Below, one piece after another: positions 42,185-58,202 of a stretch of DNA of 64,000 bases (position 1 is the first letter of the stretch; each line of letters opens with the position of its first letter). The notes under the pieces were generated by a model. The model was not told where the DNA came from. It saw only the letters and a list, made by a program, of their open reading frames with translations, and made no database searches. This stretch comes from Eledone cirrhosa (Eukaryota). The stretch covers positions 153,450,001-153,514,000 of the forward strand of contig OZ024741.1 of assembly GCA_964016885.1 (NCBI GenBank). Direction: 5' to 3'. A program made the translations under genes and the position numbers.

Positions 42185-42215
<31 letters not shown>

Positions 42216-42264
42216 GTATGTATATATATATATATGTATATATATATATGTATGTATATATATG

Positions 42265-42295
<31 letters not shown>

Positions 42296-42321
42296 GTATG
42301 TATGTATATATATATGTATGT

Positions 42322-42361
<40 letters not shown>

Positions 42362-42616
42362 GTATATATATATATGTATATATATGTATATGTATGTATA
42401 TGTATATATGTATATATGTATATATATATATATGTATATATATATATGTATATATATATATGTATATATATATATGTATATATATATATGTATATATATA
42501 TGTATATATATGTATATGTATATATATATATGTATATGTATATATATATATGTATATATATATGTATATATATATGTATATATATATGTATATATATATA
42601 TGTATGTATATATATG

Positions 42617-42669
<53 letters not shown>

Positions 42670-42687
42670 GTATATATATATGTATGT

Positions 42688-42727
<40 letters not shown>

Positions 42728-42968
42728 GTATATATATATATGTATATATATGTATATGTATGTATATGTATATATGTATATATGTATATATATATATGTA
42801 TATATATATGTATATATATATGTATATATATATATATATGTATATATATATGTATATATATATGTATATGTATATGTATATGTATATATATGTATATGTA
42901 TATATATATGTATATGTATATATATATATATGTATATATATATGTATATGTATATGTATATGTATATA
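40611..42968. repeat. (TA)/(TATG) microsatellite
   Basis: Read directly from the sequence. Confidence 0.96.
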
Positions 42969-43208
42969 GCTCTGATTTATCTAAATCAGCGAGCACTCTG
43001 CCGCTCATATCGAATTTTGTTTATCGTGAACTCGTACGCCGATTTTTCGATACTCGATCATTCTAATATATTTATATATATATGTATATGTATATGTATA
43101 CGTATATATATGTATGTATGTATATGTATATGTATACGTATATATATGTATGTATGTATATATATATGAACACATATACATATATATATGTGTGTTTGCA
43201 TATATATA

Positions 43209-43560
43209 TCATCATTTTACGTCCGCTTTTCCCTGCTTGCAAGGGTGGGACAGGAACTGATTCTGGCTTGATTTCTACAGCTGGATGCTCTTCCTAACAC
43301 CAACCTTATTTACAGTGAGTGCTGAGTGCTTTATTTTCCATGGCGTCTACACGTCCAAATTACAGTGTGGGCTGGGTGCTTTTTTGCAGTGGAATGATAT
43401 GGACCTCAGTCCCTATGATCTCATTTCTACACCTGAGTAAACTGGAGCAATGTGAAATAAAGTGTCTTACTCAAGGAAACAACACATCTCTCAGTCTGAG
43501 AATTGAACTCACAACCTCTCGATTGCAAGGCCAATGCTCTAACCACCAAGCCATGCACCC
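43209..43560 (-). mobile_element. SINE family A
   Basis: Homologous to the other family A copies. Confidence 0.88.
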
Positions 43561-43589
43561 TCACACACACACACACACACACATATATA

Positions 43590-43927
43590 TCATCATCATC
43601 ATTTCATTTTACGTCCACTTTTCCCTGCTTGCAAGGGTGGGACGGGAACTGATTCTGGCTTGATTTCTACAGCTGGATGCCCTTCCTAACACCAACCTCA
43701 TTTACAGTGAGTGCTGGGTGCTTTTTTGCCGTGGCACCTCCACGACCACTTTGCAGTGGAATGATAGGGACTCAAGTCCATATCATCTCATTTCTACAGC
43801 TGAGTAAACTGGAGCAATGTGAAATAAAGTGTCTTGCTCAAGGAAACAACACATCACCCGGTCTGAGAATTGAACTCGCAACCTTTCGATTGCAAGGCCA
43901 ATGCTCTAACCTCTAAGCCATGTGCCT

Positions 43928-43930
<3 letters not shown>
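43590..43930 (-). mobile_element. SINE family A (tandem with the previous copy)
   Basis: It retains the full 5' end tggaggcacatggcttagagg on the minus strand. Confidence 0.9.
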
Positions 43931-44021
<91 letters not shown>

Positions 44022-45788
44022 CTGACCAGGCATTGCCGTCAAAAGGACAACTTACCCAACCCATGTTAGCGTGGAAGAAGGGACGTAAAACGATGATGAT
44101 GTACATATGTGTGTGTGTTTCCATTTCTGCATTTACACTTGTGTTCCATAATTTAGTGGTTCAACAAAAAAGGACATAAATAAAATTGGTACTAGACTTT
44201 AAAAATTATATAATGGGTCAGTATGATTGATTACATCAAGGCAGTGCCCCAGTATGTTCACAGTTTAATCTATGAAACAAGTAAAAAATAAGGAAAATCA
44301 ATATATATAGTTTTTTGTGTCCCTCTGTGTTGGTATTGGAAACTGGTCATAACTTGAGACTTTTCTTGAGATCTGTTTGAACCCACAGGTCAATGAGGAC
44401 ATCTTGATCATTTATTGACCTTTTGTGCCATCAGTATTCAGTTGCTTCCAGTATGTGTATGAGTACAACATGTATATGTGTGTGATATATATATTAAAAA
44501 CACAATTGTTCATTTTTTGTTTGTTTGTTTTTTTTTGTATTCTAGATTTAGGAACACTACTTTTCCAAACCAATCATAAATTAATTAATTAGGTAATATG
44601 AAAAATCGTTAATAGAAAAAGATCAGACTTGAACACAGTTGCGTTTTTAACATAACATACTTGAATGAAAAGTTGGTCCCTATTCACACAAATAAATATA
44701 TATTTGTCACATTTGCATGAGTTGATTTATCTGAGTGTGATCAATATTCACTGATACATGAAATGAATTCATTGTTTCAGAGTGGCAACTATTTGATTTT
44801 GAAAGCCGTTAACAGATATGTGTGTGTTTATTTGTTTATTACTAGAATTGTTTGATTTTATTGGAAATTAGTATTTTCAGGAATTTCAAATGTTTATCTG
44901 CAAACAGCAAACTTTGTCTTTTTTTATGAGAAATTATTAGTTGCCTATTTTCAAATAAATCCACTCTTGTTTCCATTTATTAATCTCTTTGAAATTTAGG
45001 ATTTTTAAAATTAGGGGTAACGAGCAAGCTCTTTCAATGCAATGATAACTTCTTAAGAAGAATTTTGGCCTATTTCCAAGTTAAGTCAACTGAAGCAATT
45101 CAAATTGTTTTTCCTAGAGATCTGAAATAGAATATGAGAACTTGCAAGCTAGTACCTAATCCATTTGGCTATTTTGCTTCTTGATTAGTCAGAAACCATC
45201 TTGTTAAACTTTATATAAATTCTAATTTGTTTACTTGTAAGAAAGATTGAAGATTTTAATAAAAACATTATATATGTGCTCTTAAGTACCAGATTTTTTG
45301 TTATTTGAGTAGTGTTGTAAATTAATTCTAACTATACTTTAAAATTTAACTTTTTAATGATAAAATATAGTTTAAAAATCTGAAAATTAGTTTTACTCCA
45401 TCTGTCAGTTGTTTATTTAAAGATTTCTGTTGTAGTGGAGGGAGGGATAATTTGCTATTAAAATATTTGTCTGGTATTACATCAGTTGATATTAAATTCA
45501 TAGCAATACAATTTTTACTGAGGTAAGCTTGTTGACTCTTTTGTTACCATATTTCTAATGAGCATGCCTAATGAGTTTTAATTAACTTTTTAAAATACTA
45601 AAAAATTTGGAGAAATTTAGTAATATAACGTTTTCATTAAGTTAGTGTTTGGAACATAAAGATTATTATAATGGAAGATGTAAATTTTAATATGAACACT
45701 TTAAAACAGTTTTTCATCATAGAACCAGGAACAGTTTCAAGTGGGTTGGTACCAAAACAGCTAAAGACAACCCAAATCTTAAAATAGC

Positions 45789-45846
45789 CATTAAGGACTG
45801 CAATGTTTAGTCGCGAATTTGCGACTAAACATTGCAGTCCTCAATG
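45789..45846. repeat. Near-perfect 58-bp palindrome
   Basis: aggactgcaatgtttagtcgc-gaattt-gcgactaaacattgcagtcct has perfect 21-bp arms that extend outward with one mismatch. Confidence 0.9.
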
Positions 45847-48179
45847 AAATAACATTGATCTATCTATTGATCAGATTTTGAACTTAGAATCTTTTGTAAG
45901 TTATAAGAAGGATTTGGTAAAATTGTGTCAAAGGTTTATATTATTTTATCGTATAATTTAAAATTAAATTCTAGATAAAATTTCCATTCTTTACTGCCAT
46001 CTTGCTTGAGTTGCTGTAAAGAAAACCTTTTGGACATGGCATGGTAAAGGTCTTTGTGTAGTGAATTATATTCTAAAAGACTTGTTTTATTTATTTTCTT
46101 TTTTGTTATAGCAATTGTTAGAACATAGGACAAAAGCTTGCAGTATTTGTTGCATCTCTCGACACTCTAAACCCTATCAAGGTCAACTTTGCCTTTCATC
46201 TCTGTGTTAATAAAATAAAGTACAAGGCCAGAGTGGTTGATTAGTGGAATTGTTAGAACGTGAGGTAATGATGCCTTATGTTATTTGTTCCAGATCTTTG
46301 CATTCTGAGTTCAAATTCCATTACGACCTATTTGGATGATAGACTTAATCTTTTGCTGGATTTAATTCTTCTGATATCAATCTGCCTGAAAAGACCCTTG
46401 GTTTTATGATACAAAACTATCTGTTTAAAAATGTTGATACTTATGTTAAAACCTTGCACTATAATTTTTTTAAAGGAATTTTTAAGTTATGTACCAAACA
46501 TCAGTTTACTAATGAAAAAGTGAGTTAGTTATGTTCTAAATTTTGGATTATTTTCCAAATTAATTAAAACACATAGGAATAGTCATATTCATCAGAAATA
46601 TGGTATTGAAAAGTTAAAACCCACCAGCTAGTTCTTGACCACCTTTTGCGGAATCTGTTTTTGTAATTATTGAAACTTGGTCGCAGGTTAAAGGATACCT
46701 TTTCTTCCCTCTGGCAGTCAGATGTCTTGAAATGCATCATAGGGACTGCCCCTCCATCCTACCTGTCTCAGGGGTCTTGAAATAGGCCATGAGCACTGCT
46801 TTTCCCTCCTACCAATCTCAGGGGTCCTGAAAAAGGTCATGGGCACTGCCCTTCCAGTCCTTTCTTCACTAAACAATAAAACAAAACAACTAGTTCAACA
46901 ATTGTCATTTCATTCAAATAAGATTAGCTTTATAGTCTGATTTTAAAGCTATTTAATATATTTATTCAGTTTAAATATATTTGTTTCAGATGGTTTTGTG
47001 TTTTGTTTAATCAATAATTCTTGTCTCAACTTTAGATTGCATTAAAATGGTTGTGCTGGTTTATATATTCTTCAGTACTGGTAGTCACCATTATAGCTAT
47101 ATACTAGGTGGGCATAGGCATGGAAGAGTGGTTAAGAAGTTTGCTTTGCAATTATGAGCTCCCAGGTGGTAGCTTGGACAAGTGTCTTTACCATAGTCTT
47201 TGATCGACTCAAGCCTTGTGAGTGAAATTGGGTAGACAGAAACCTTCGAAATCCATTGGATAGGGTGTACCTATAATTCAAAGGTCCAGTCTTGTCACAT
47301 ATTGTGTCATGCTGATTTAGCTTGGTAATTATGTAATAGTAGTTCAATGTTCTTCAGATCATAAACATTTTGTTACCATATTTCTGATGCCTATGTTTTC
47401 AAATTATGAAATATTCTGAGATAAAACTATGCTGAAACGTTTTGATTTAAATATTAATTTTGATATGAGTGTGTACCAATGCAAATGGCTGTAATAATAG
47501 TTGAATACTATAAATAATAGTTGGGAAAAAATCAAGTAAACTACTCCTAGAGGCAACTCTGCTCATGTCTATCTCCAGGACTACATTAAACCCGATTTTC
47601 TTAATTATAGTGATCAACTGCTTTTTTTAGATATGAATTTTAATAATTCTTGGATGAAAACTGTTGGTCAGGTTGGTACCAACAATGTAGTATTAGATAT
47701 ACAAATAGAAAAGATGATCATGACTCTCCTTGAGTTAGACTGACCTGGAAAAGACAGGATGGTCAAGGCAGGAATCTTTGATTTAGACTAACCTGGGAAA
47801 AGACAGGATGGTCATATTAGGAATACCCTTAGTCATAAACTGTTTTGGTCGTTGCTAGAATATCTATGATTATTATTCTGCTTGATCAGGTCTGAAGCTA
47901 AATGGCAGACTTTTATCCTTATTGTTAGGAAGCTGGAGCATGCAAAAGACCCAAAATAGTTGCTTTGTGGTCTCGCTTGATGTATCATTATCTTAAGTTC
48001 AAATTATACTAGTCAACATTATTGTAGGGTTGTTAGTAATATAGATATGTTACTTGCATTGTAATTTTCTCCATCTTGCAACATTTAGTTTTATATCAAA
48101 TTGTGAAGATGTTTTAAATAGTTTTGTTATAAGAGAAGTACTATAAAATGAAAAAAAATTTGCAGCTCACACTTGTGAG

Positions 48180-48340
48180 TTTAGCTGACCTCTTGCAAGG
48201 TTACATCTCATATTGGGTGTGAAAGTAATATGAAATGAAGCATCTTGTTCAAGAAGGCAATGCACTGCCTGGCTGAGGAATTGAACTCATGATCTTATGA
48301 TTGTTAGTACAACACCTTAACCACTAGGTCACACACTTTT
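48180..48340 (-). mobile_element. Old diverged SINE family A head
   Basis: It contains tgaaatgaagcatcttgttcaagaa...gaattgaactcatgatc...aaccactaggtcac. Confidence 0.65.
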
Positions 48341-49088
48341 ACAAAGTATTATACAATAAGAAGAAAGCTCACAGAAAACCTAAAATTCTCCACTGTGGCT
48401 ATTCTGTTTCACTTTCACTTCAGATACCCTTCAGGATAAAAGAAAGCCTTGATGTTACAGGATACAAGCTTTCCTCTTCTTTCAATATGAGGCTTAGTTC
48501 TTTGTTAAAAGAAATTATTACTTTTGCAGTTCAATTAATAGAAACTGAATTTGAAAATGTTTCAACCATTAACTCTTTTGATACCAAACTGTCTGAAACC
48601 AGCCTTGGTACCTGTTTCAAAAGTGTTTATTTTTATCAAAAAACCTCATCAAAATGTTACTTAAGAACCTTTAAGTTGTGCTCCAAACACCAGTTTGATA
48701 ATAAGAAAGTAACTTATATTACTGAATCCCTTCAAATCTTTCATTAGAAATATTGTACAGTTAAATTATATTTAATTATGATGATGTAATTATAAACACT
48801 TGATTGATTAAAGATTCTTATTGAGTTATTCACCCTTCCCTCTCAATATTTAATCTGTCATCTTAATTGCATTCTAATAAATTCCAAGAATTACCCCGCT
48901 CGTTCCAAATACCCCAAACATCACACTTGAAACCCCTGTTAGTTTTACTTTACAAATACATCATTGAATGAGTTCTTTGGCAAGTCCCTTTCCAATTAAA
49001 AATATTTCTCTCCATAGGAATGAGTGGGAGGGCGAAAAGGATCTATTGAATGGTTATTTTTATATATATGCATATATGTATGGGTGTA

Positions 49089-49147
<59 letters not shown>

Positions 49148-49149
<2 letters not shown>

Positions 49150-49446
49150 GAGTGAAGGACCCCTAGCCTTTGTCAGGGCATTCTTCTAGGAGAAGGCAAC
49201 TCAGGAAACTGGGATGACTCCGGCATAAAACATGCGGCTCAGAAGTTACCAATGATGTTGATCTTTTCTTCTTTTCGAGTTATAGCTACTGTCGCTCAGA
49301 GAGTGGGGTTGGTTCAGTACACAGTCTTTCCTCACTTTAAAAAATATCTTCATGCACAGGCATTGCACGATAGAATTAATTAATAATTATTAATAATGGT
49401 ATATCGAGCAATGGCCATACTCGATGACGAGAGGGCAGCCATCATC
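49148..49446 (+). mobile_element. Diverged relative of family B, ending in (ATC)n/(TA)n
   Basis: gacccctagcctttgtcagggca..ctaggagaagg..cagagagtgggg..gcacaggcattgc..ggccatactcgatgacgag..gcagcc aligns to family B but lacks the zinc-finger segment. Confidence 0.7.
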
Positions 49447-49480
<34 letters not shown>

Positions 49481-49490
49481 ATATGTATGT

Positions 49491-50108
49491 AGGTTTCTTT
49501 GTTGAGGAGGGTGACTTTGGACACCCTGCAGGACTAAAAGGAAAACCTGTCAAAGGGCAAAGGAGCTCTTAAGAGTCAATGGCCATCCAAAATCACCGGG
49601 AGATGTGACCCCTTAGCCTTTGTCAAGGCAGAATTCTAGTAGAAGGAAAACTCTGATATAATACCTGCAACCCTGATGGTATCCAATGATGTTGACTTAT
49701 TCTTCTTTTTGGTAAATATCATCTAGGTTAAGAGAGTGGGACTGACTTTGTGCAGTGCCTTTGCTCACTATAAAAGCTTCACGGCACAATGATGTTGACT
49801 TGTTCTTCTTTTTGGTAAATATCATCTAGGTTAAGAGAGTGGGACTGACTTTGTGCAGTGCCTTTGCTCACTGTAAAAGCTTCACGGCACAGGCATTGCT
49901 TTATATCTGGAGATCTCTGCACTTGTCGTCACATGGTACCACGGGCCCAGCGCTGTGTGTCAGTAATTGTCACAAGTGTAGTGTTTGTACCAGAGTTTTC
50001 AAGTCGCTGGCTGGACTAAAAAGTCACACTTGTTCAGCGCATCAGTAGGGGTTCTCCTACATGGTTATAAAGTTGTGGCCGTACTCGAAAACGAGTTGGC
50101 AGCCACCG
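49491..50108 (+). mobile_element. Family B copy, 5'-truncated, with an internal 103-bp tandem duplication
   Basis: 49684-49786 is repeated at 49787-49889. It encodes [25 protein letters not shown] near the 3' end. Confidence 0.85.
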
Positions 50109-53105
<2,997 letters not shown>

Positions 53106-53269
53106 TCATCATCATCATCATCATTTTACGTCCGCTTTTCCCTGCTTGCAAGGGTGGGACGGGTCTTATTCAGCACAGCATCTCTCCACTCGTCACGGTC
53201 CCTCGTCATCTCCACCGTGAGCTTCAATGATCTGAGGTCTGTTCTCACCACCTCCGCCCATGTTTTTCG
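53106..53269 (-). mobile_element. Extreme 3' end of an RTE LINE
   Basis: The minus strand reads [47 protein letters not shown], followed by (ATG)n. Confidence 0.88.
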
Positions 53270-53353
53270 TATATATATGTATATATATGTATATATATGT
53301 ATATATATGTATATATGTATATATATGTATATATGTATATATATGTATATATG

Positions 53354-53404
<51 letters not shown>

Positions 53405-53438
53405 GTATATATATATATATGTATATATATATATGTAT

Positions 53439-53785
53439 TCATTTCATCATTTCAATTTATGTCCGCTTTTCGCTGCTTGCAAGGGTGGGACGGGAATTGA
53501 TTCTGGCTTGATTTTTACAGCTGGATGCCCTTCCTAACGCCAACCTCATTTACAGTGAGTGCTAGGTGCTTTTTTGCCGTGGCAAAAAAGCACCCAGCAC
53601 TCACTGTGCAGTGGAGTGATAGGGACTGGGATCCCTATCATCTCATTTCTACAGCTGAGTGAACTGGAGCAATGTGAAATAAAGTGTCTTGCTCAAGGAA
53701 TCAACACATCACCCGGTCTGAGAATTGAACTCACAACCTTTCGATTGCAAGGCCAATGCTCTAACCACTAAGCCATGTGCCTCCA
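53439..53785 (-). mobile_element. SINE family A
   Basis: Homologous to the other family A copies. Confidence 0.88.
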
Positions 53786-53793
53786 TGTATGTG

Positions 53794-53825
<32 letters not shown>

Positions 53826-56800
53826 CATATATATATGTGTGTGAATATGTATATCATCATCATCATGTGTGTATGTATATCCTTAAAGCAGGTCATGCGA
53901 TAGTTTTACTTTTTTATATAATGCCAAAATTACCAATTGTTAAATGATTTGATCAACATTTTGCTTAACTGAAGTTTGGAAATCTTGTAGAATTATATAT
54001 AATCTTTATTTGGATGCAAAAATGAATTTTTTGTTTGTAAATTTGTTTTTACTCTTACTTAAAATATGCCAGCTGAAAGAAATTAGAATTGCATCACATA
54101 CCAAAGTATTTTTAGTCTTCCATTAAAAACAGCAGCTACCATGGTTATTTTATACATTTTTGAGAGTGGTGGAGTTGGCACAAGTAGTACTTAACTGGAC
54201 TAAAAATGCTGTTTTACAGTATTTGCTTTATGTCTCACTATTACAGAGGAGATCATTTCTCGCTGAGGTTATCTCAACTTCTCATCTTTTCAGGGCCAAC
54301 CAAATAAGTTGCAGTTATATATTGGACCAATGATACCCATCCCTACAAAATTGGTTCTGTGCCTGTTAGAAATTATTTCCTTCATTATAGTTTTACTTTG
54401 TTTAAAGCAAGGTGCTTTCAGTTTCCTTACATATTCATTGCATGGTTTGTTCATGTGTTTCTTCTAGTAAATATTGTCTATTCTTCAATTTAAGTTTTGA
54501 CTCTTTCACTAGTTGCTATTGTTGTCTGCTGTTTCTTGAAGAGCACTTTTACATTTAATTCTTTACATCCTGTAATGGTTGAGCTGAAAATATCAAAAAA
54601 TGTTATTGATTCAAATGTTTATAGTATCTTTATTAGTGAACAGATTGTTGTGTAAATTTACATTATTTGACTAAGTAAAGACATTTTTCAATGTGATGTA
54701 GACACAGTGCTATTTTTTTACTTTTGAAGGATGTCTTGCAAATGCTCTTCAGGATGTTATGGGTTAATATCCTGTGATGGTTTAGCAGAAAATATCTAAA
54801 AATGGCCTTGTTAATTAAAATGTTTATAGTATTGTTACTAGTTGAGAGATTGTTGTGAAAATTAGTAATATTAAAGCAAGGACTTAAATGTTTACTTTGA
54901 TGAAGTCATACTGCTGTTTTGTACTTTTTCAAGAATGTCTTTGCTAATGCTGTTTCATACAGTACACGGTGTTGAGGATTGAATTAATATCTGTAATATC
55001 TGCCTTCTTTCTATCTATTTTTATAATTTTGTATGGTTCTCCTATCAATTCTGAATTGACTTGCTTGATAATGTTTCCATTAAATTTCACTTTTTTTTTT
55101 TAGTATCGTTCATGCTTGGGTTGTCCCTGATATTAGTCACAATGACAAAGACATGTTGGGATCAACTTGCTATTTGTTTCTTTCTTCACCAACATGCACT
55201 AGTTTTGTTTCAATGAGTGTTAACTGGCCTAGCTTTGAAGGGATGCCATGGAAACCTAGTTCCCTTAATTAGATTAGGTTTGTTTGATTGCAGTGGTAGC
55301 ATATTTGAAGTATAGTAACTGCTGCAACTTGGCAAATGACAGCCGTTAGATTACTCTTGCTACAGTGAAAACTATAAGATTATTGATTGTGTGTTGTCTG
55401 CTGCAACAATCGCTGTAGATACTAACAACTGTTAGAATCCCATTTGAGGCAGACTGATGACAACTCCAGCAACATCATCCTCTTTTATATAGTACTCCAA
55501 TTGAATAGTTATCTACTATCCCCACCTTTCTATAATAAACATTGACCAACCTTCTCTTTTTACTATTCCTACTCCTCTTATTAAAGACACTTTCCCTACT
55601 CCTATATTGAAGAAACTTTTTAAGTGTAGATTATCAGCACCACCCTTGTTTAATCTCTATTTTCCATTCTGCCATGGGTTAGCTTGGTTGTCACATTCTG
55701 AGAGCAGACAGGTCAGCTGACCATATTCAGTTTTTATGTTCCATTTTTGGCTTGCTTTCTATGGCTGGATGCCCTTCCTAATGCCAATTACTTTACACAG
55801 TAGACTGAGCATTTTGTGGCACCAGCACTAGCACTTTACAAGGTTTACTGGGAGTTTTCACTCATGGCAGTTGCACTACCACCCACCTGACAGTGATTGG
55901 CTGGGTGTGTTTTATTGTTGCACCAACACTGCCATCTTACAAGTGGGCTGGCTGTATTTCATTGTGGCACCAACATATTTGATAATTTCAACTTAGCTGT
56001 TCATATGATTACATAATGATCTTTTCTCTTGATCTTTCTTATTTTTATTCTCTGCCAAGACTGGATCTTTCTGTATTACTATGAGGAACTCATTACTCAT
56101 TTGTTACAACTCTCCATATTTAACATCATTGTTATTACATTGACTTTTCTATACTGGCATCTGTTGGACAGGACTTTTTGAGGCAGTATTTTATAGCTAC
56201 ACTCTGTTCCTGACACCAACCCTTTTTGTTACTTCTTACAGCACACAAGTATACGGTGAACCTATTCTAAATTTGATACACATGACCATTTGTTTTCCTG
56301 TATTTATATTGTACATTCTGCAACTGCATCAGATTATCATATTTTGATTATCACTTTTTCATTCTTAACGTCCTGAACCACATAAAACTGCATTAGCAAG
56401 ACATTCTTGAAAACTATCAAACAGCACTAAATATTTAAAGTCTTTAATTTACCTAAAATGTTCACAACAATCTGTCTACTAGTAAAGGTACTTCAAACAT
56501 TTGAATGAACAAACCTGTTTTTAGATGTTTTCTGCCAAATCATTACAGGATGTTAAGAGTTAATTTTGTGTTGAGTTATTTAACCCTTTTGTTACACTAT
56601 TTCTTCTAAAAAATCCACATTCATGTATTACAATTAATTTTGTAAATAAGATTTTGGAGAAATTAATAACTTTTTTTTTAATATTAAGCTGATGTTTAGA
56701 ACATAACACATTCTAATATAAAATTATGGTAGAAATAAATGTGAACATTTTCAAACTGGTAGTGTTATATCATAGAACCAGTGGCCGTTTCAGGTGGGTT

Positions 56801-57899
56801 TGCTATCAAAAAGACTAAATGTTTACTTTCATTTCGCTTGAGTAAAGAAAAAATTCTGTCTTGTTATTTTGGGGTATAGCATTTTTAAGGAGAATATTCA
56901 AAGTTGGTTGTAGAAATATTTGTTGAATTAGGCAAAAATGTTCAAATCTATAGTCCCCTAAAACTGAGGATGAGTGAAGTTCAGCAAAGAAGGTCAGTGT
57001 CTCTATCCCTTAAAGGCAGTATGATCCACCCTAAATCTATAGCCCTTACAGACTGTGAACCCCTTAAAACTAGGAATGGGTGAAGGTCACCAAAGGCCAG
57101 TGTCAGGCTGTAGGAACCTCCTAAAATTGGGTTGGGTGAAGTTCAACAAAGAAGCCCAGGATCTATAGCCCTTAATAGCTATGTGGGCCCATTAAAACTA
57201 GGGATGGGGGAAGTTCAGCTTCAACTTTATTTGTTGATGTTTGGTTTCAGTTGGTCAATGTTTAACTCTTTCACGACCATATTTCTAAGTACATGGCCAA
57301 TATATTTCTATTGATATTTACAGTATCAAGAATTTAATACAATAACTAGCTACTCCATTATTAATCTGATGTTTGAAATATAATTTAATAAAAAGTTTTT
57401 ACATAAAATAATAGGTCCAAATTTACATTCTTTCACTCTTTGATATCAACCTGCTTAAAACCTCCTCTGGTTCTATGAAACAAAATCACCCATTTTAAAA
57501 GGTTTCTACATAAATTAAAATTTCCCAATACAATTTAACATAAGAACCTTTTGTCATGTTACTTAACAAAAACAGTCTTAATAATGAAATAATGAATAAC
57601 CCTAGAAGTCCCTCTGAATTTTTTGGTTTTTAATTTATATGCAGTGTTTCATTAAAAATAGTGTTATGAAAGAGTTAGACAGATTTGTATTATAGAACTG
57701 GAGCTGGTCACAAGTGGGTTTGTATGAAAAGGTTCAAGAGTTGAGACAAAGATGTGATGAGGTGGTAAGTTTATTGGCTGGATTTAAAAGACAGGAATAG
57801 TAAGAGGGATAAACAGTTAAGGGGAGCAAAATTCCTTGTAGTTGTACTTAAAGGGCTAAAAGGATAGAGCTTTTTAATGAACTCATCCAATCCAAACCA

Positions 57900-58202
57900 G
57901 GGCTTTCTCACTCCTGTTGAGGACACCCTCTGGTTGACCTCTACTGCTTTCTGTTTGATCACGTCAAGAGTGTAGCCATACTCACGACACTTGACCAGTT
58001 GTGGGTTGGGGTGGTTGGTCATTGATTCTGAGATGTTCATCTGCCCATTTAATAGCTCGTTATTTCTGCTGTTGGGGTTCCACTTACCTTCTTTACCAAA
58101 CTAGAGTATGGTGGAGGAGCCAGTTTAGTCGCCGACCACTCAACCATGAAACGGTTGTACTGGGTTACATTGTACCAGTAGCAGGTAGAAGCCTAACCTG
58201 AC
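57900..58202 (-). mobile_element. Diverged element sharing the family B 5' end
   Basis: The minus strand reads gtcaggt...tgctactggtac..cccagtacaacc..catggt..ggcgactaaactggc. Confidence 0.6.

Noticed and set aside
49971-50048. Host C2H2 zinc-finger gene
   Set aside because: It is a single finger inside a multi-copy retroelement, with no upstream ORF or splice context.
56940-57220. Degenerate ~60-70-bp tandem repeat (a 2-copy ~55-bp repeat also lies at 46740-46855)
   Set aside because: These are ordinary local duplications with no further structure evident.
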